Source of the DNA: Octopus sinensis
Lineage: Eukaryota
Length of the DNA stretch: 64,000 nt
Assembly (NCBI RefSeq): GCF_006345805.1
Contig: NC_043022.1
Span: forward strand, 13,020,001-13,084,000
Direction of reading: 5' to 3'
Shown here: one piece after another, positions 34,450-47,383 of the stretch
How positions within the stretch are numbered: position 1 is the first letter of the stretch
Layout: each line of letters starts with the position of its first letter
The notes under the pieces: generated by a model
Database searches by the model: none
What the model was told of the DNA's origin: nothing
The model's input: only the letters and a program-made list of their open reading frames with translations
Program-made: the position numbers and the translations under genes

Positions 34450-37433
34450 ATGTGTCTGTGTTTGTCCCCCTAGCATTGCTTGACAATCGATGCTAGTGTG
34501 TTTACGTCCCCGTTACTTAGCGGTTCGGCAAAAGAGACCGATAGAATAAGTACTGGGCTTACAAAAGAATAAGTCCCGGGGGTCGAGTTGTTCGATTAAA
34601 GGCGGTGCTCCAGCATGGCCGTAGTCAAATGACTGAAACAAGTAAAAGAGTAAAGAGAAAGAGAAAGAGAGAGGCATCATGGAAAATCAGAAATAAAAAA
34701 GATTAAACTCAACAGACATTTGTCTTTAATGTGCTTAAAAGAAAAGCTATTTCCTATGTATATAGGCGTAGGAGGGGCTCAGTGGTAAGTAGCTTGCTTA
34801 CCAACCACATGGTTCCGGGTTCAGTCCCACTGCATGGCACCTTGGGCAAATGTCTTCTACTATAGCCTCGGGCTGACCAAAACCTTGTGAGTGGATTTGG
34901 TAGACGGAAACTGAAAGAAGCCTGTCGTATATATGTATATATATATGTGTATGTTTGTGTGTTGTGTTTCTTCCCCCCACCCCACCCCAACATCGCTTGA
35001 CAACCGATGCTGGTGTGTTTACGTCCCCGAAACTTAGCGGTTCGGCAAAAGAGACCAATAGAATAAGTACCAGGCTTACAAAGAATAAGTCCTGGGGTCG
35101 ATTTCCTCGACTAAAGGCGGTGCTCCAGCATGACCACAGTCAGATGACTGAAACAAGTAAATGAGTAAATATTTGTATTTTTTTACAATAATTATATTTA
35201 GACTGCCCCGTCATCCATAACCTCATTATACTTCTCAGATAGACTCATGTTACGGTGACCTCCACACCCCAACAGGCAGAATTGTCTAACTATAATTTTA
35301 GACCCTCAAACAGATCTCATCATAATTTAACATCCATTTTTCATTCTGGTATGGGTTGGACAGGTTGACTGGACCCAGTGAGCCGCAGGGCCACATTGGG
35401 CTCCAGTGTCAACTTGGACATGGTTTGTACAGCCAGACGACCTTCCTAATGCCAACCACTTTACAGAGCATTGGGGTGCTTTGTCCATGCCACTGGTATT
35501 TTTGAATCCACCAAGGGTGTCATAAAACAGAAAAAGAGTTGGGGAACAAAGCCAAAAAAAAAGATATTGCTAGATGTGGCCAACAATATTCTATGTCACA
35601 TATGCAAACTATTTCTCAATCTTGTTCTATTAATGAATAAAGCCTTGTGAGTGGATTTGGTAGACGGAAACTGAAAGAAGCCCGTCGTATATATGTATAT
35701 ATATTTCTTTACTACCCACAAGGGGCCAAACGCAGAGGAGACAAACAAGGACAGACAAATGGATTAAGTCGATTACATCAACAGCAGTGCGTAACTTTTA
35801 CTTAATTTATCGACCCCAAAAGGATGAAAGGCAAAGTCGACCTCGGTGGAATTTGAACCCAGAACGTAACGGCAGACAAAATACGGCTACGCATTTCGGC
35901 CGGCGTACTAACATTTCTGCCAGTTCACCGCCTTATATATGTGTGCATGTGTGTGTGTGTATATGTTTGTGTGTCTGTGTTTGTCCCCCAACATCACTTG
36001 ACAATAGATGCTGGTGTGTTTACGTCTCTGTAACTTAGCGGTTCGGCAAAAGAGACCGATAGAATAAATACTAAGCCTACAAAGAATAAGTCCTGGGGTC
36101 GATTTGGTCAACTAAAGGCGGTGCTCCAGCATGGCCACAGTCAAATGACTGAAACAAGTAAAAGAGTAATATTAGGCTAATTTTCCAATATTTGTATGAA
36201 TATTCCAGAATATTGGTAGGGAGCAAGTGCCTTGTTTTTCCTTACGTTGTTGTTCTGTTTCTGGTACAGGCAAACTTAAAAGTTGTCAAGGTTACAAGAA
36301 CAATGGCATTGATTCTGCGAGATTTTTTCACAAAGAATCAACTGTATCACAAGAAATAGAATCCCCTCATCTCAACAGAATTTCTCTCGCAATTAAGGAA
36401 ACCAACTCCTACAAACAAGCAGAAATTATATGAACCAAAAGGCAATTTCAGGCAGGACCAGCCAGACCCAACAAGACCCAGAAACTGGATCCAGAAATGA
36501 ACAAAGTTGTCAGAGAAACCAGATGAACATATAGTAAATTTCTTAGTTAAAAAGAGGAAGAAAAATGGTATCAATTTCAGAACCGCTAATAGAATGAACC
36601 GGAACTGTAAGAGGGTTGGGGTTTTTTTGGTTTGTTTTCGTTTTTTGTTGGGTTATTTTTTTTTCTATTTTAAAATCTGTTCAACAGAAATCAGGTCAGT
36701 CAGTTATATAAACCAAATGTGAGGTGCCAAAGAGAAATTAATCTGTCAAACTCAGGGAGAAGGAAAAAAAAAAACTATCAACGTAACAGATGTAAGTTCT
36801 TTTACTTGTTTCAGTCAATGGACTGTGGCCATGCTGGGGCATGAATCACTCCAACAAATCGACCCCAGTCGTTTTTTTTCTTCTTTTTTTTAAAGTCTGG
36901 TACTTATTCCTATCAGCTCCTTTTGCTGAAGCGTCAAGGGACAGAAACACAAACAGTCACCAGTTATCAAGCAGTGGGGGAGTGGGGACAGCAAATTCTG
37001 TCTGTCCCATATGAACAAGGAAAAGGGGAAACTGAATGATGATGATGATGTCTACTTGCATGGAAGAAGATTTCATTTCCTGTGTATATATATATAATAT
37101 ACACACACACACACTCAAGCACTCAGACATGTGCACACACAATGGGCTTCCATTCAGTTTCCATCGACCAAACTTCTTTTGCAAGATATTGGTCAATTCA
37201 TAGTTTCATAACCATGTGGTTCAGTTTCTGCTCTGACAGCGAGATCAAACCCAAACCACATAATTGCAAAGTAAGCTTCTTAACCATGCAGCCATGCCAG
37301 GAACAATGGTGATCTCCAGAGACTATTCCAGAATGTTGGCAATGGGAGGGGGGGAAGGAACAGAACATGAGTCATCTCCCTTTGTATTTGTAACAAGTAC
37401 TATGGTTATGCTAACAGCTGAGGGTGTTGATTG

Positions 37434-38065
37434 TCATACTAACAGCTAGGGGTACTGTACTGTCATACTAACAGCTAGGGGTACTGTACTGCCATACTAA
37501 CAGCTAGGGGTACTGTACTGCCATACTAACAGCTAGGGGTACTGTACTGTCATACTAACAGCTAGGGGTACTGTACTGTCATACTAACAGCTAGGGGTAC
37601 TGTACTGTCATACTAACAGCTAGGGGTACTGTACTGTCATACTAACAGCTAGGGGTACTGTACTTATTTTTTTTACTACCCACAAGGGGCTAAACACAGA
37701 GGGGACAAACAAGGACAGACAAAGGGATTAAGTCGATTACATCGACCCCAGTGCGTAACTGGTACTTAATTTATCGACCCCGTAAGGATGAAAGGCAAAG
37801 TCGACCTCGGCAGAATTTGAACTCAGAACGTAACGGCAGACGAAATACGGCTACGCATTTCGCCCAGCATGCTAACGTTTCTGCCATCTCACCGCCTAGG
37901 GGTACTGTACTGTCATACTAACAGGTAGGGGTACTGTACTGCCATACTAACAGCTAGGGGTACTGTACTGCCATACTAACAGCTAGGGGTACTGTACTGC
38001 CATACTAACAGCTAGGGGTACTGTACTGCCATACTAACAGCTAGGGGTACTATACTGTCATACTA
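37434..38065. repeat. 29-bp minisatellite, about 14 units, split by a SINE B insertion
   Basis: Unit (T/C)CATACTAACAGCTAGGGGTACTGTACTG. Confidence 0.95.
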
Positions 38066-38671
38066 ATAGCCAGGTACTATACAATACATCTCTTAGTACC
38101 TAGGTGCTGTACTGTTTTTCATTTCTGAGACATAAAAATCAAATTAGAATTAAAAGAGTGGACAGTTAGTTAAATGGACCCTCGTTAATTACTGATACTC
38201 AAATTACTATTTCTAAAAGTACAATGTGTCATCAGCTGCCATCACCAGTATTTGAACTTGAAACAATGATGCCTCAACATCTAATGTAACAAGTACACGA
38301 TTCTCCGAGTGACAAGAGAGAAAATTGGCCTCGAAAGCTTGTCTAATTACCACTAATTGGTCAGTAAGCAGTTAATTGGATTAACATGTCTGATCTTAGT
38401 GTAATATCCACTTGGCGTGGGTTTAGAGTAATTAGGAGAATGAAGTAGCGAACTTAACGAAGAAAATTAATAAGTTATTGAAATAACCCGAAAGATGGAG
38501 GAGGATTAATTCAATATCAGTGATGCAGGAGTGTGTGTATGTGTGTGTGTGTGTGTGTGTACATGTGTATGACTGTGTGTGTGTGTGTGTATATTCATGC
38601 ATGTGTGTACATGTGTGTAGGAGAGAGTGAAAGAATCTATGTGACTATGGGAACACATGCATGCATATATA

Positions 38672-39110
38672 TCTCTCTATATATAAACGGCAGTTTGTCT
38701 GTGCGTGTTTCTGTGTGTCTGTTTGCTTGTACCCTCACCCTGACCACGGCTTTCAACCGATTCTGATGAAACTTGACACACACATAGCCCAATGTCATAA
38801 TTCAAAACTGACGCAGCGAAAACTTTGAAAAGTTCCCCCAGTTCTGAAAAAATCGATAAATTCGACATGGGGTCGAGAATCTAAGCTTTTTATATGCAAC
38901 ACATTTTCTGTCTAGGGGACACAACTCGACCTTTTTATCGCCCAAAGGGACAGCTAGGAACATCGTATACACAGAAGTATTCGAGTGAAGAGAAGACATT
39001 GCAACCTACACATGCGCCTTCGTTCCCTAGAGGGAAAGGACTAGATTGGGATTAGTCGTTGCCTACTAGGGGCTCTTACATACCCGGGCAACGCCGGGCT
39101 ATGCTGCTAG
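38672..39110 (+). mobile_element. Non-autonomous Helitron-like element
   Basis: A|TCTCTCTATATATAAA...CCCGGGCAACGCCGGG hairpin...CTAG|T. Confidence 0.75.
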
Positions 39111-39249
39111 TATATTACTAATTTATGCAGGTGTGTGTGTGTGTGTATGTGTGTGTGTGTGAGAGTGAGAGACAGACAGACAGACACACACACAGACTAC
39201 TGAGTACAGTTGTTTTAAAATTTTTCTGATTGAAAACACAAATGTTTTT

Positions 39250-39722
39250 ATTTCAGTTTGGTTTTATTTTTATCATATATCATCCGACGACAGGCACCCA
39301 TGCCAACCCCCTTTGCTTGTGAAGACATGTGTTGGGGCAAGTGAAATCGAAATCGAAATTGAACCAATCCTGTGACTGGCACCCGACAGATGCCAGGACC
39401 CCTGGACTGGTGGTACGTAGAAAGCACCATCCGAATCGTGGCCGATGCCAGCGCCGCCTCGACTGGCTTCCATGCCGGTGGCACGTAAATTGCACCAATC
39501 CGACCGTGGCCGTTGCCAGCCTCACCTGACACCTGTGCCAGTGGCACATAAAAGGCACCCACTACACTCTCGGAGTGGTTGGCGTTAGGAAGGGCATCCA
39601 GCTGTAGAAATACTGCCAGAACAGACTGGAGCCTGGTGCAGCCTTCTGGCTTCCCAGATCCCCGGTCGAACCGTCCAACCCATGCTAGCACGGAAAACGG
39701 ACGTTGAACGATGATGATGATG
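39250..39722 (+). mobile_element. RTE 3' UTR copy
   Basis: Shares the gtgaagac...ggcaagtgaaatcgaaatc and ...acgttgaacgatgatgatg termini with 52340-52780. Confidence 0.8.
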
Positions 39723-39749
39723 ATTTAATAAATATTTACCATTTGGCTT

Positions 39750-39803
<54 letters not shown>

Positions 39804-40619
39804 AAGCTTTGGACAATAGACACAAGGCCTGAAACATCTGAGGGTAGGGGCTAGTCGAATACATTGACTCCATGCTCAACTGGTACATTTATTGACCCTC
39901 AAATGATGAAAGGCAAAGTTGGCTATGTGGGGATTTATACTCAGAATATTAAGAGCCAGATAAAATACCACAAGGCATTTTGTCCAAATCCCTAATGGTT
40001 TTACCGGCTGACCATGTTAATAATAATAGTAATGAAAATCCAACCATTTCTATCATCAAATAAGGAAATATCAACAAGATCACTCAACAAGCTAGAAATA
40101 GCAGCCAAATCTCCTACAAATCACAACCCTTTTGTTATCGTATTTCTGTTGAAATACATTGCTTTTGTTTCAATTATTTTTGAAAATAATGAAAAACTGA
40201 GTTAAATAACTTTATCATTATTAAGCTGTGTCTGAAGTAAATTAACAGGAAATTTAGATGGAAAGTTTTTAATTTAGATAACTTTAACCCTTTTGTAATA
40301 ACATTCCTGATGAAAAATGTTGCCTTCGTTCCGATTAATTTTTAAAATAATGAATTTAACGAAATAACTTTGCCGTTATTAAATTGCTGCTTGAAACATA
40401 ATATGAAATTTTGATGGAAGATTTGAATTTAGATCATTTTTGAACAGGAAATTTGTAGCAAGAGTGGCTGTGTGGTAAGTAGCTTGCTAGCCAATCACAT
40501 GGTCCAGGGTTCAGTCCCACTGCGTGGCATCTTGGGCAAGTGTCTTCTGCTATAGCCCCGGGCCGACCAATGCCTTGTGAGTGGATTTGGTAGACGGAAA
40601 CTGAAAGAAGCCTGTTGTA

Positions 40620-40714
<95 letters not shown>

Positions 40715-41003
40715 ATATGTTTGTGTGTCAGTGTTTGTCCCCCTAGCATTGCTTGACAACCGATGCTGGTGTGTTTACATCCCCGTCACTTAGCGGTTTG
40801 GCAAAAGACACCGATAGAATAAGTACTGGGCTTACAAAGAATAAGTCCCGGGGTCGATTTGCTAGACTAAAGGCGGTGCTCCAGCATGGCCGCAGTCAAA
40901 TGACTGAAACAGGTAAAAGAGAGTAAAGAGAGCAGAGAACCAGGAGTAGTCTTAGGTAGACTGGTATCAAACAAGTTTGAAGAAAATGAAAGACAACTTG
41001 GAT

Positions 41004-41204
41004 CAGTGGTTTTCAACCAGGGTTCCGCCAGTACAGTCCAGGGGTTCCGCAAGAAGTTACAAAAATGCTAAAATCGACAGTAATTTTTAATTCTCCTGTG
41101 CAGAGATGTGTGCATAAGACAATTAAATTATTGCACGGGGGTTCCTCGAGCCAGTGGAATGTTTCCTTGGGGTTCTGCTTCAGCAAAAAGTTTGAAAAGC
41201 ACTG
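41004..41204. mobile_element. hAT MITE
   Basis: CAGTGGTTTTCAAC...TTTGAAAAGCACTG; perfect 8-bp TSD ACTTGGAT. Confidence 0.9.
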
Positions 41205-42424
41205 ACTTGGATAATACAGCCGTTTTGTATAAAGGGGCAATACAGTGACAGCTGGGGCATCTTTGATCAATAGGTCAGCCAGATCAAGTCTAACCCTTGG
41301 CTAACATAGAAAGATAAACAAATCTCAAAGAAGTAGGACACAGAATCAATACGTAATAAACCAAATATAAACATTGGTCTCAACAAACATAAACATGTTT
41401 CGGTAGAAAAGTGAGACGTTGCTTTATTCCTTGGACTGCTAGAAACAGCAAACGAAAGAAACCTCTCTCAAATCACACCCTGCTTACTCTTTACTCTTTT
41501 ACATGTTTCAGTCATTTGACTGCGGCCATGCTGGAGCACCGCCTTTAGTCGAGCAAATCGACCCCGGCACTTATTCTTTGTAAGCCCAGTACTTATTCTA
41601 TCGGTCTCTTTTTTGCCGAACTGCTAAGTGACGGGGACGTAAACACACCAGCATCGGTTGTCAAGCAATGCTAGGGGGACAAACACATACATATATATAC
41701 ATATATACGACAGGCTTCTTTCAGTTTCCGTCTACCAAATCCACTCACAAGGCATTGGTCGGCCCGGGGCTATAGCAGAAGACACCTGCCCAAGATGCCA
41801 CGCAGTGGGACTGAACCCGGAACCATGTGGTTGGTTAGCAAGCTACTTACCACACAGCCACACCTGCTTATGAATATTTGGACAAGAAAAACTGAACTAT
41901 AGATTCCTTCTTAATTTCTGATCTGTGATCTGCAAGAAATTGGGTTGTCCTTGCATAGTTTCAGTAATATCATCATCATTTAATGTCTATTTTCCATGCT
42001 GGCATGGGTTGAATGGCTTAACAAGAGCTGGCAAGCCAGAAAGCTGCACCAGGCTTCAATTTTCTATTTTGCCAAGGCTTCTACAGGTGGATGCCCTTCC
42101 TAACACCACCCTCTTTATAGGGTGTACTGGGTGTTTTGACATGGCACCAGCACCAGGGCTTTTTACAAAATAGGGGTGCGATGGTGCAGGTATGATTTCA
42201 GGGGCAAAAACCTACTACAGGGCACCTGGGCAAGTGTCTTCTACTGTAGCCCTGCTCAAACCAAAGCTTTGCGAATGGATTTGGAAGACGGAAACTGGAA
42301 GAAGCCTGTCGTGTGTGTGCTTGTTCATTCTTTCACTCTTTTTAATTTAGAGCTAAGTTTGACCCACCCCCTGCTTGGTAGCAAAGTCGCAAAGGAAATG
42401 GCTTCAACAAGTCCATATGACCCA

Positions 42425-42655
42425 CGCGGTGAGCTGGCAGAAACGTTAGCACGCCGGGCGAAATGTGTAGCCGTATTTCATCCGCCGTTACGTTCTGAGT
42501 TCAAATTCCGCCGAGGTCGACTTTGCCTTTCATCCTTTCGGGGTCGATATATAAAGTACCAGTTACGCACTGGGGTCGATGTAATCGACTTAATCCCTTT
42601 GTCTGTCCTTGTTTGTCCCCTCTATGTTTAGCCCCTTGTGGGCAGTAAAGAAATA
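42425..42655 (+). mobile_element. tRNA-derived SINE family B. Others on the minus strand: 9400-9610, 26335-26570, 35705-35930, 37664-37895, 48470-48705
   Basis: gagctggcagaa...gagttcaaattcc...gcctttcatcctttcggggtcgat...gtgggtagtaaagaa, repeated with few differences. Confidence 0.9.
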
Positions 42656-42921
42656 CATATGACACATGCAAGAATGGAAGAGTGGACATTAAAACAACAA
42701 CACCGGTGATATATATTACCAACAGTTGAGGCTGTAGGAAGAAGATTATGTTTCACAGACCTCAATAATTGCTAAGTTGGACAGCCGACACCTGTATGTG
42801 TGTATCTGTGCATGGCCAATGTCAAACCTTTTCCACCGTCTTTTTTTCAGACAACGAAAGAAACAAATAGAGAAATGAGAAAGGCAACATAAAGAACAAT
42901 CCCTTCATCAGTTGTCCCCTA

Positions 42922-42960
<39 letters not shown>

Positions 42961-43238
42961 TATATTAAATTAGAGATAAAACCACTATTAGGCAAATCAT
43001 ACAATGAAAAACTCAAGCCAATACATAAGATTAATTAATTTATATTATTTTAAATATATATCAAAATTATTAAAAAAAGATAATTATATATATAATGGAC
43101 ATTAAAACAACAACACTGGTGATATATATTACCAACAGTTGAGGCTATAGGAAGAAGATTATCTTTCATAGACCTCAATAACTGCTAAGTTGGACAGCCG
43201 ACACCTGTATGTGTGTATCTGTGCATGTAAAGTCAAAC

Positions 43239-43274
<36 letters not shown>

Positions 43275-43714
43275 TGGTGACATTTTCTAATTTAAGACAG
43301 TAGCGTGTGATATGTGTAAAATTTAAATTAAGCTGCTATTTTTAGCAGTTAATATGCCCCTGCAAGGTATTTCCTTCAATATCTCGAAAGTAAACACCTT
43401 GTGACACTGTCATGTGATCTCAGATCAAAGTTGATAGAAAGGTGTTGCATTTCTAAAGATTTCATCATTCCCCTATCAGGAAATGTATTGATTGATACAA
43501 TAGCTTTTATTTTAAGCATGTGACTTGCGAGTGCTTTGGTCGCTATTTTCAGCAGATTGAGTGACTATTGTGTGTGTGTTCACCAAACACTGATGTTATG
43601 TGATGGTAAAAGTGGTCGTGTTAAGAAAACAGTTTGCCAAAGACTCTACAACACCCGTTCTAATATTTACACAACATATATATATATATATATATACATG
43701 TCCCACACACCAAC

Positions 43715-43762
<48 letters not shown>

Positions 43763-43854
43763 GTAAATATTAGAACGGGTGTGTAGAGTCTTTGGCAAAC
43801 TGTTTTCTTAACACGACCACTTTTACCAAGGAAAATGGACGTTAAACAATGATG

Positions 43855-43889
<35 letters not shown>

Positions 43890-43906
43890 CATGTCCCACA
43901 CACCAA

Positions 43907-43944
<38 letters not shown>

Positions 43945-44407
43945 TATATATCATCATTGTTTAACGTCCATTTTCCTTGCTGGCATGGGTTGGACGGTTT
44001 GACTGAGGACTGGAAAGCCAGTGGCTGCACCACGCTCCAATCTGATCTGGCAGTGTTTCTACAGCTGAATGCCCTTCCTAACGCCAACCACTCAGAGAGT
44101 GTAGTGGGTGCTGTTTATGTGCCACTGACACAGGAGTCAGTCAGTCAGGCGGCCCTGGGATCGATCACATTCAGATAGTGCTTTTACGTACCACCAGCAT
44201 AGGAGCTAGTCAGGGGGCACTGACCATAGCTACAATTTTGGTTTTACTTGACTCAAAAGGTCTTCTCAAGCATATCATATCGACCGACATACACCAAGGG
44301 TACTTCTAAAAGGGCTGGACATGCAACACTGGCATTGGCCATGCCTGCGATCTCACTTTAGTTGCCAAGTCTGCTCAATCACAGCATATCTCCAAAGGTC
44401 CTGGTAT

Positions 44408-44441
<34 letters not shown>

Positions 44442-44564
44442 ATATATATATATATATATATAAAATTTAATAAGGGTAGAAATTGATATTAATCAATTAA
44501 AACCAGTGGCTTAGCATATTAAAAAAAATCCGAAGATTAAAATATTTTTACATACAAAATTTAA

Positions 44565-44770
44565 AGGACTGACCACTAAAAGTGGACGGTCAACATGCTA
44601 GAAATAGACGTCAAAATTGCTTTTATTTCGTATATTTTCATTTGTCTTGCTTATTTTTAATGCTTTGGTTTGTGCTGAGTTTTTTATTTGAGAACACATT
44701 CTTTGTGGAAAATAGCAATTTTGACCTCTATTTCTAGCATGTTGACCATCCACTTTTAGTGGCCAGTCCT
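44565..44770. mobile_element. TTAA-flanked MITE with 57-bp TIRs (AGG...CCT termini, Kolobok-like)
   Basis: The TIRs differ at 3 of 57 positions by eye; TTAA on both sides. The superfamily assignment is inference. Confidence 0.7.
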
Positions 44771-45005
44771 TTAACCCTTTAGTGTTCGCATTATTCTGCC
44801 AAAATGAATGCTTTTTCATTCACATTGCCTTGAACTAATCATGCATTATCTTGTAGCTATGAGATTTTGATGAGGTAGCTGTTAATTTTTAAGATGATAT
44901 TGTAGGGTTGGTGTGAGAGACCAGATCTGGCCAATTTGAACATAGAATAGGTAGAATACTTTTGGCCGGATATGGCCGGTTTAAATGCTAAAGGGTTAAA
45001 TTTTG

Positions 45006-45041
<36 letters not shown>

Positions 45042-45059
45042 TTTATATATAAAATCATC

Positions 45060-45455
45060 CTCATCATTCAATGTCTGTTGCACCAAAACTGCTTTCAGCT
45101 GACGAAAAAAGAAACTCGGGTTTCAGTTGCACAAATTCTCCTTGATTGTGTTGAGAACAATGAAGACTTTTTTGAAACTTTGCATAGGCCTCTGAGCAGG
45201 TATTTACCAAGCTTTTGGCAAAATTTGATGCAGATTCCCTGCTCAACTTTCCCAGTCGAGGTCAATGCAACAAACACACACTATACACATGTTCCTTCCA
45301 AGCATTGCTGTAAACTGCGGAAGTGATTTGGAACGTTAAAACTTTGTGTGAATGTGCAGCAGAGTTCAAAGTCAGTCTGTGCCAAGCGGCCTCACTCTGC
45401 GTGCTTTAGTTTTGTCACTATGGCAACAGTCCAGATACTTATTGATCAGACCATG
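45060..45455 (-). mobile_element. Mariner 5'-end remnant (related copy at about 17480-17775)
   Basis: EQGICIKFCQKLG resembles the mariner transposase N-terminus; similar DNA at 17480-17775. Confidence 0.6.
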
Positions 45456-45507
45456 TATACACACACACACACATTATACATATTTATATACCCGCAAACA
45501 TATACAG

Positions 45508-45510
45508 AGA

Positions 45511-45547
<37 letters not shown>

Positions 45548-45591
45548 ATGTTACCAGAAGGCTTGGGTATGATAGACACACACACAAATAC

Positions 45592-45622
<31 letters not shown>

Positions 45623-45635
45623 TATATATATACAA

Positions 45636-45670
<35 letters not shown>

Positions 45671-46170
45671 TACGTATATATACACACACATACATATACA
45701 CATATATATACATACATACATATACACACATACATATACACATATATATACATACATACATATACACACATACATATACACATATATATACATACATACA
45801 TATACACCCATACATATATACATATATATATATATACACACACACATATATATATACATATATACACACACATATATAACATACATGTATATACACACAC
45901 ATATATACATACATATATATACACACACACATATATACATACATATATATACACACACACATATATACATACATATATATACACACACATATATAAATAT
46001 ATATATACATACATATACACACACATATATAAATATATATATATACATACATATACACATACATAATATATATATACACACACACACACACATATGTATA
46101 CATATATACATATAAATATACACACACACATATGCATATACACACACACCCACCCACACACATTGTACAA
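45508..46170. repeat. Compound (TA)/(CA)/(TACA) microsatellite of about 660 bp; similar tracts at 1190-1400 and 55660-56140
   Basis: Direct reading; this explains the Y/I/H/T/V/C-rich ORFs in the track. Confidence 0.97.
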
Positions 46171-47184
46171 TGAGGCTAAGCAGAACTCAGTATACAAAAG
46201 TGTCAAATTCAAACTAGTTTGATGTATGCAACACAAGAAACTCTCAGCTTTTGAATGACTTGTGTAACTTTGACACCCACGCTATATATATATAGGTGTG
46301 TTATGTGTTTACATCTAAATAAATAATAAATATGTAATATACACACCTATGTATTATTATGTGTGTATAATATATAGATAAATAGATAGATAGATAGATA
46401 TATTAAATCATACATAGAAAGAAAGAGGGAGAGAGAGATAAGATTAAAAGTGATTTGTAATCTAATGTCAATATCAATGCATATTAAAGCAGCGTAAACG
46501 CATTGTGAGTGGGTGGAATAAGGGTAGGTGTGGTTGTGACATAAATAGGTAACTGTGTTAATTAAGTTAAGCCATACCAAGATATTGTTGGGAAAACCTG
46601 CTCGTACCTGGTCAGACCTTTCATTGAAGATATCACACCACCTCGGAAGTAGGTTAGTAACTAACAGCAACCAGCTCCATCCGAGGTTGGGTAGTAACCC
46701 TTTAGTGTTCACATTATTCTGCCAAAATTAATGCCTTTTCATCCACATTGTTTTGAACTAATCATGCATTATCTTGTAGTTATGAGATTTTTATGAGGTA
46801 GCTGTTAATTTTTAAAACGATATTGTAGGGTTGGTGTGAGAGACCAGATCTGGCCAGTTTGAACATAAACCAAGCAGAATACTTTTGGCCGGATATGGCC
46901 GGTTTAAATGCTAAAGGGGTAAACAGCAATTATACTGAATAGATGTAAGGTTCACCCTAGATGACAAGTGGTCGTATTTGAGAAAGGTGATAGTTGCGTT
47001 TTTCCGAAACTGGTTTTTTTTTTTTTTTTAGCCCTTTTCACAACCATATTTTTGAAACTCACACCAAGATTATTTCAATGAAGTTTGAAAATAATGAAGA
47101 ATTTAGCAAAATAACCGTCATTATTAAACTGGTATTTGGAACCTGAATAAACATGCAATTTGGATGGAAGATTTTACTTTAGAT

Positions 47185-47383
47185 CAGTGGTTCCCAAACT
47201 TTTTAGAGTCGCGACCCACTATTTATCACACCAGTTTATGACGACCCACTTAACTCTACTTGAACTATCTCGATAGACAGCAGTTAATCAAAGCTAATGC
47301 GTAATTTTATAACTTTTTGCGACCCACTAAGATTCCGTTCACGACCCATCTGTGGGTCGCGGCTCATAGTTTGGGAACCCCTG
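47185..47383. mobile_element. hAT MITE
   Basis: CAGTGGTTCCCAAACT...AGTTTGGGAACCCCTG; perfect 8-bp TSD CTTTAGAT. Confidence 0.9.

Noticed and set aside
36246-36574. Donor gtaag at 36241-36245 and hydrophobic ORF 36347..36574 as exon 1
   Set aside because: The phase-0 frame at that donor has a stop six codons upstream; the ORF's similarity is only suggestive.
37434-38065. CRISPR-like 29-bp repeats
   Set aside because: The units are head-to-tail with no unique spacers, there are no cas genes, and the context is eukaryotic.
45352-46236. Long ORFs of up to 250 aa rich in Y/I/H/T/V/C/M (also at 1164-1504 and 55417-56183)
   Set aside because: These are translations of (TA)/(CA) microsatellites, which are stop-poor in several frames; no protein signal.
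46608-46690. Minus-strand segment ...RWCDIFNERSDQ|gtacga as CTDNEP1 exon 1
   Set aside because: The phase fits, but similarity to known N-termini is unconvincing and the upstream ATG comes from a MITE.
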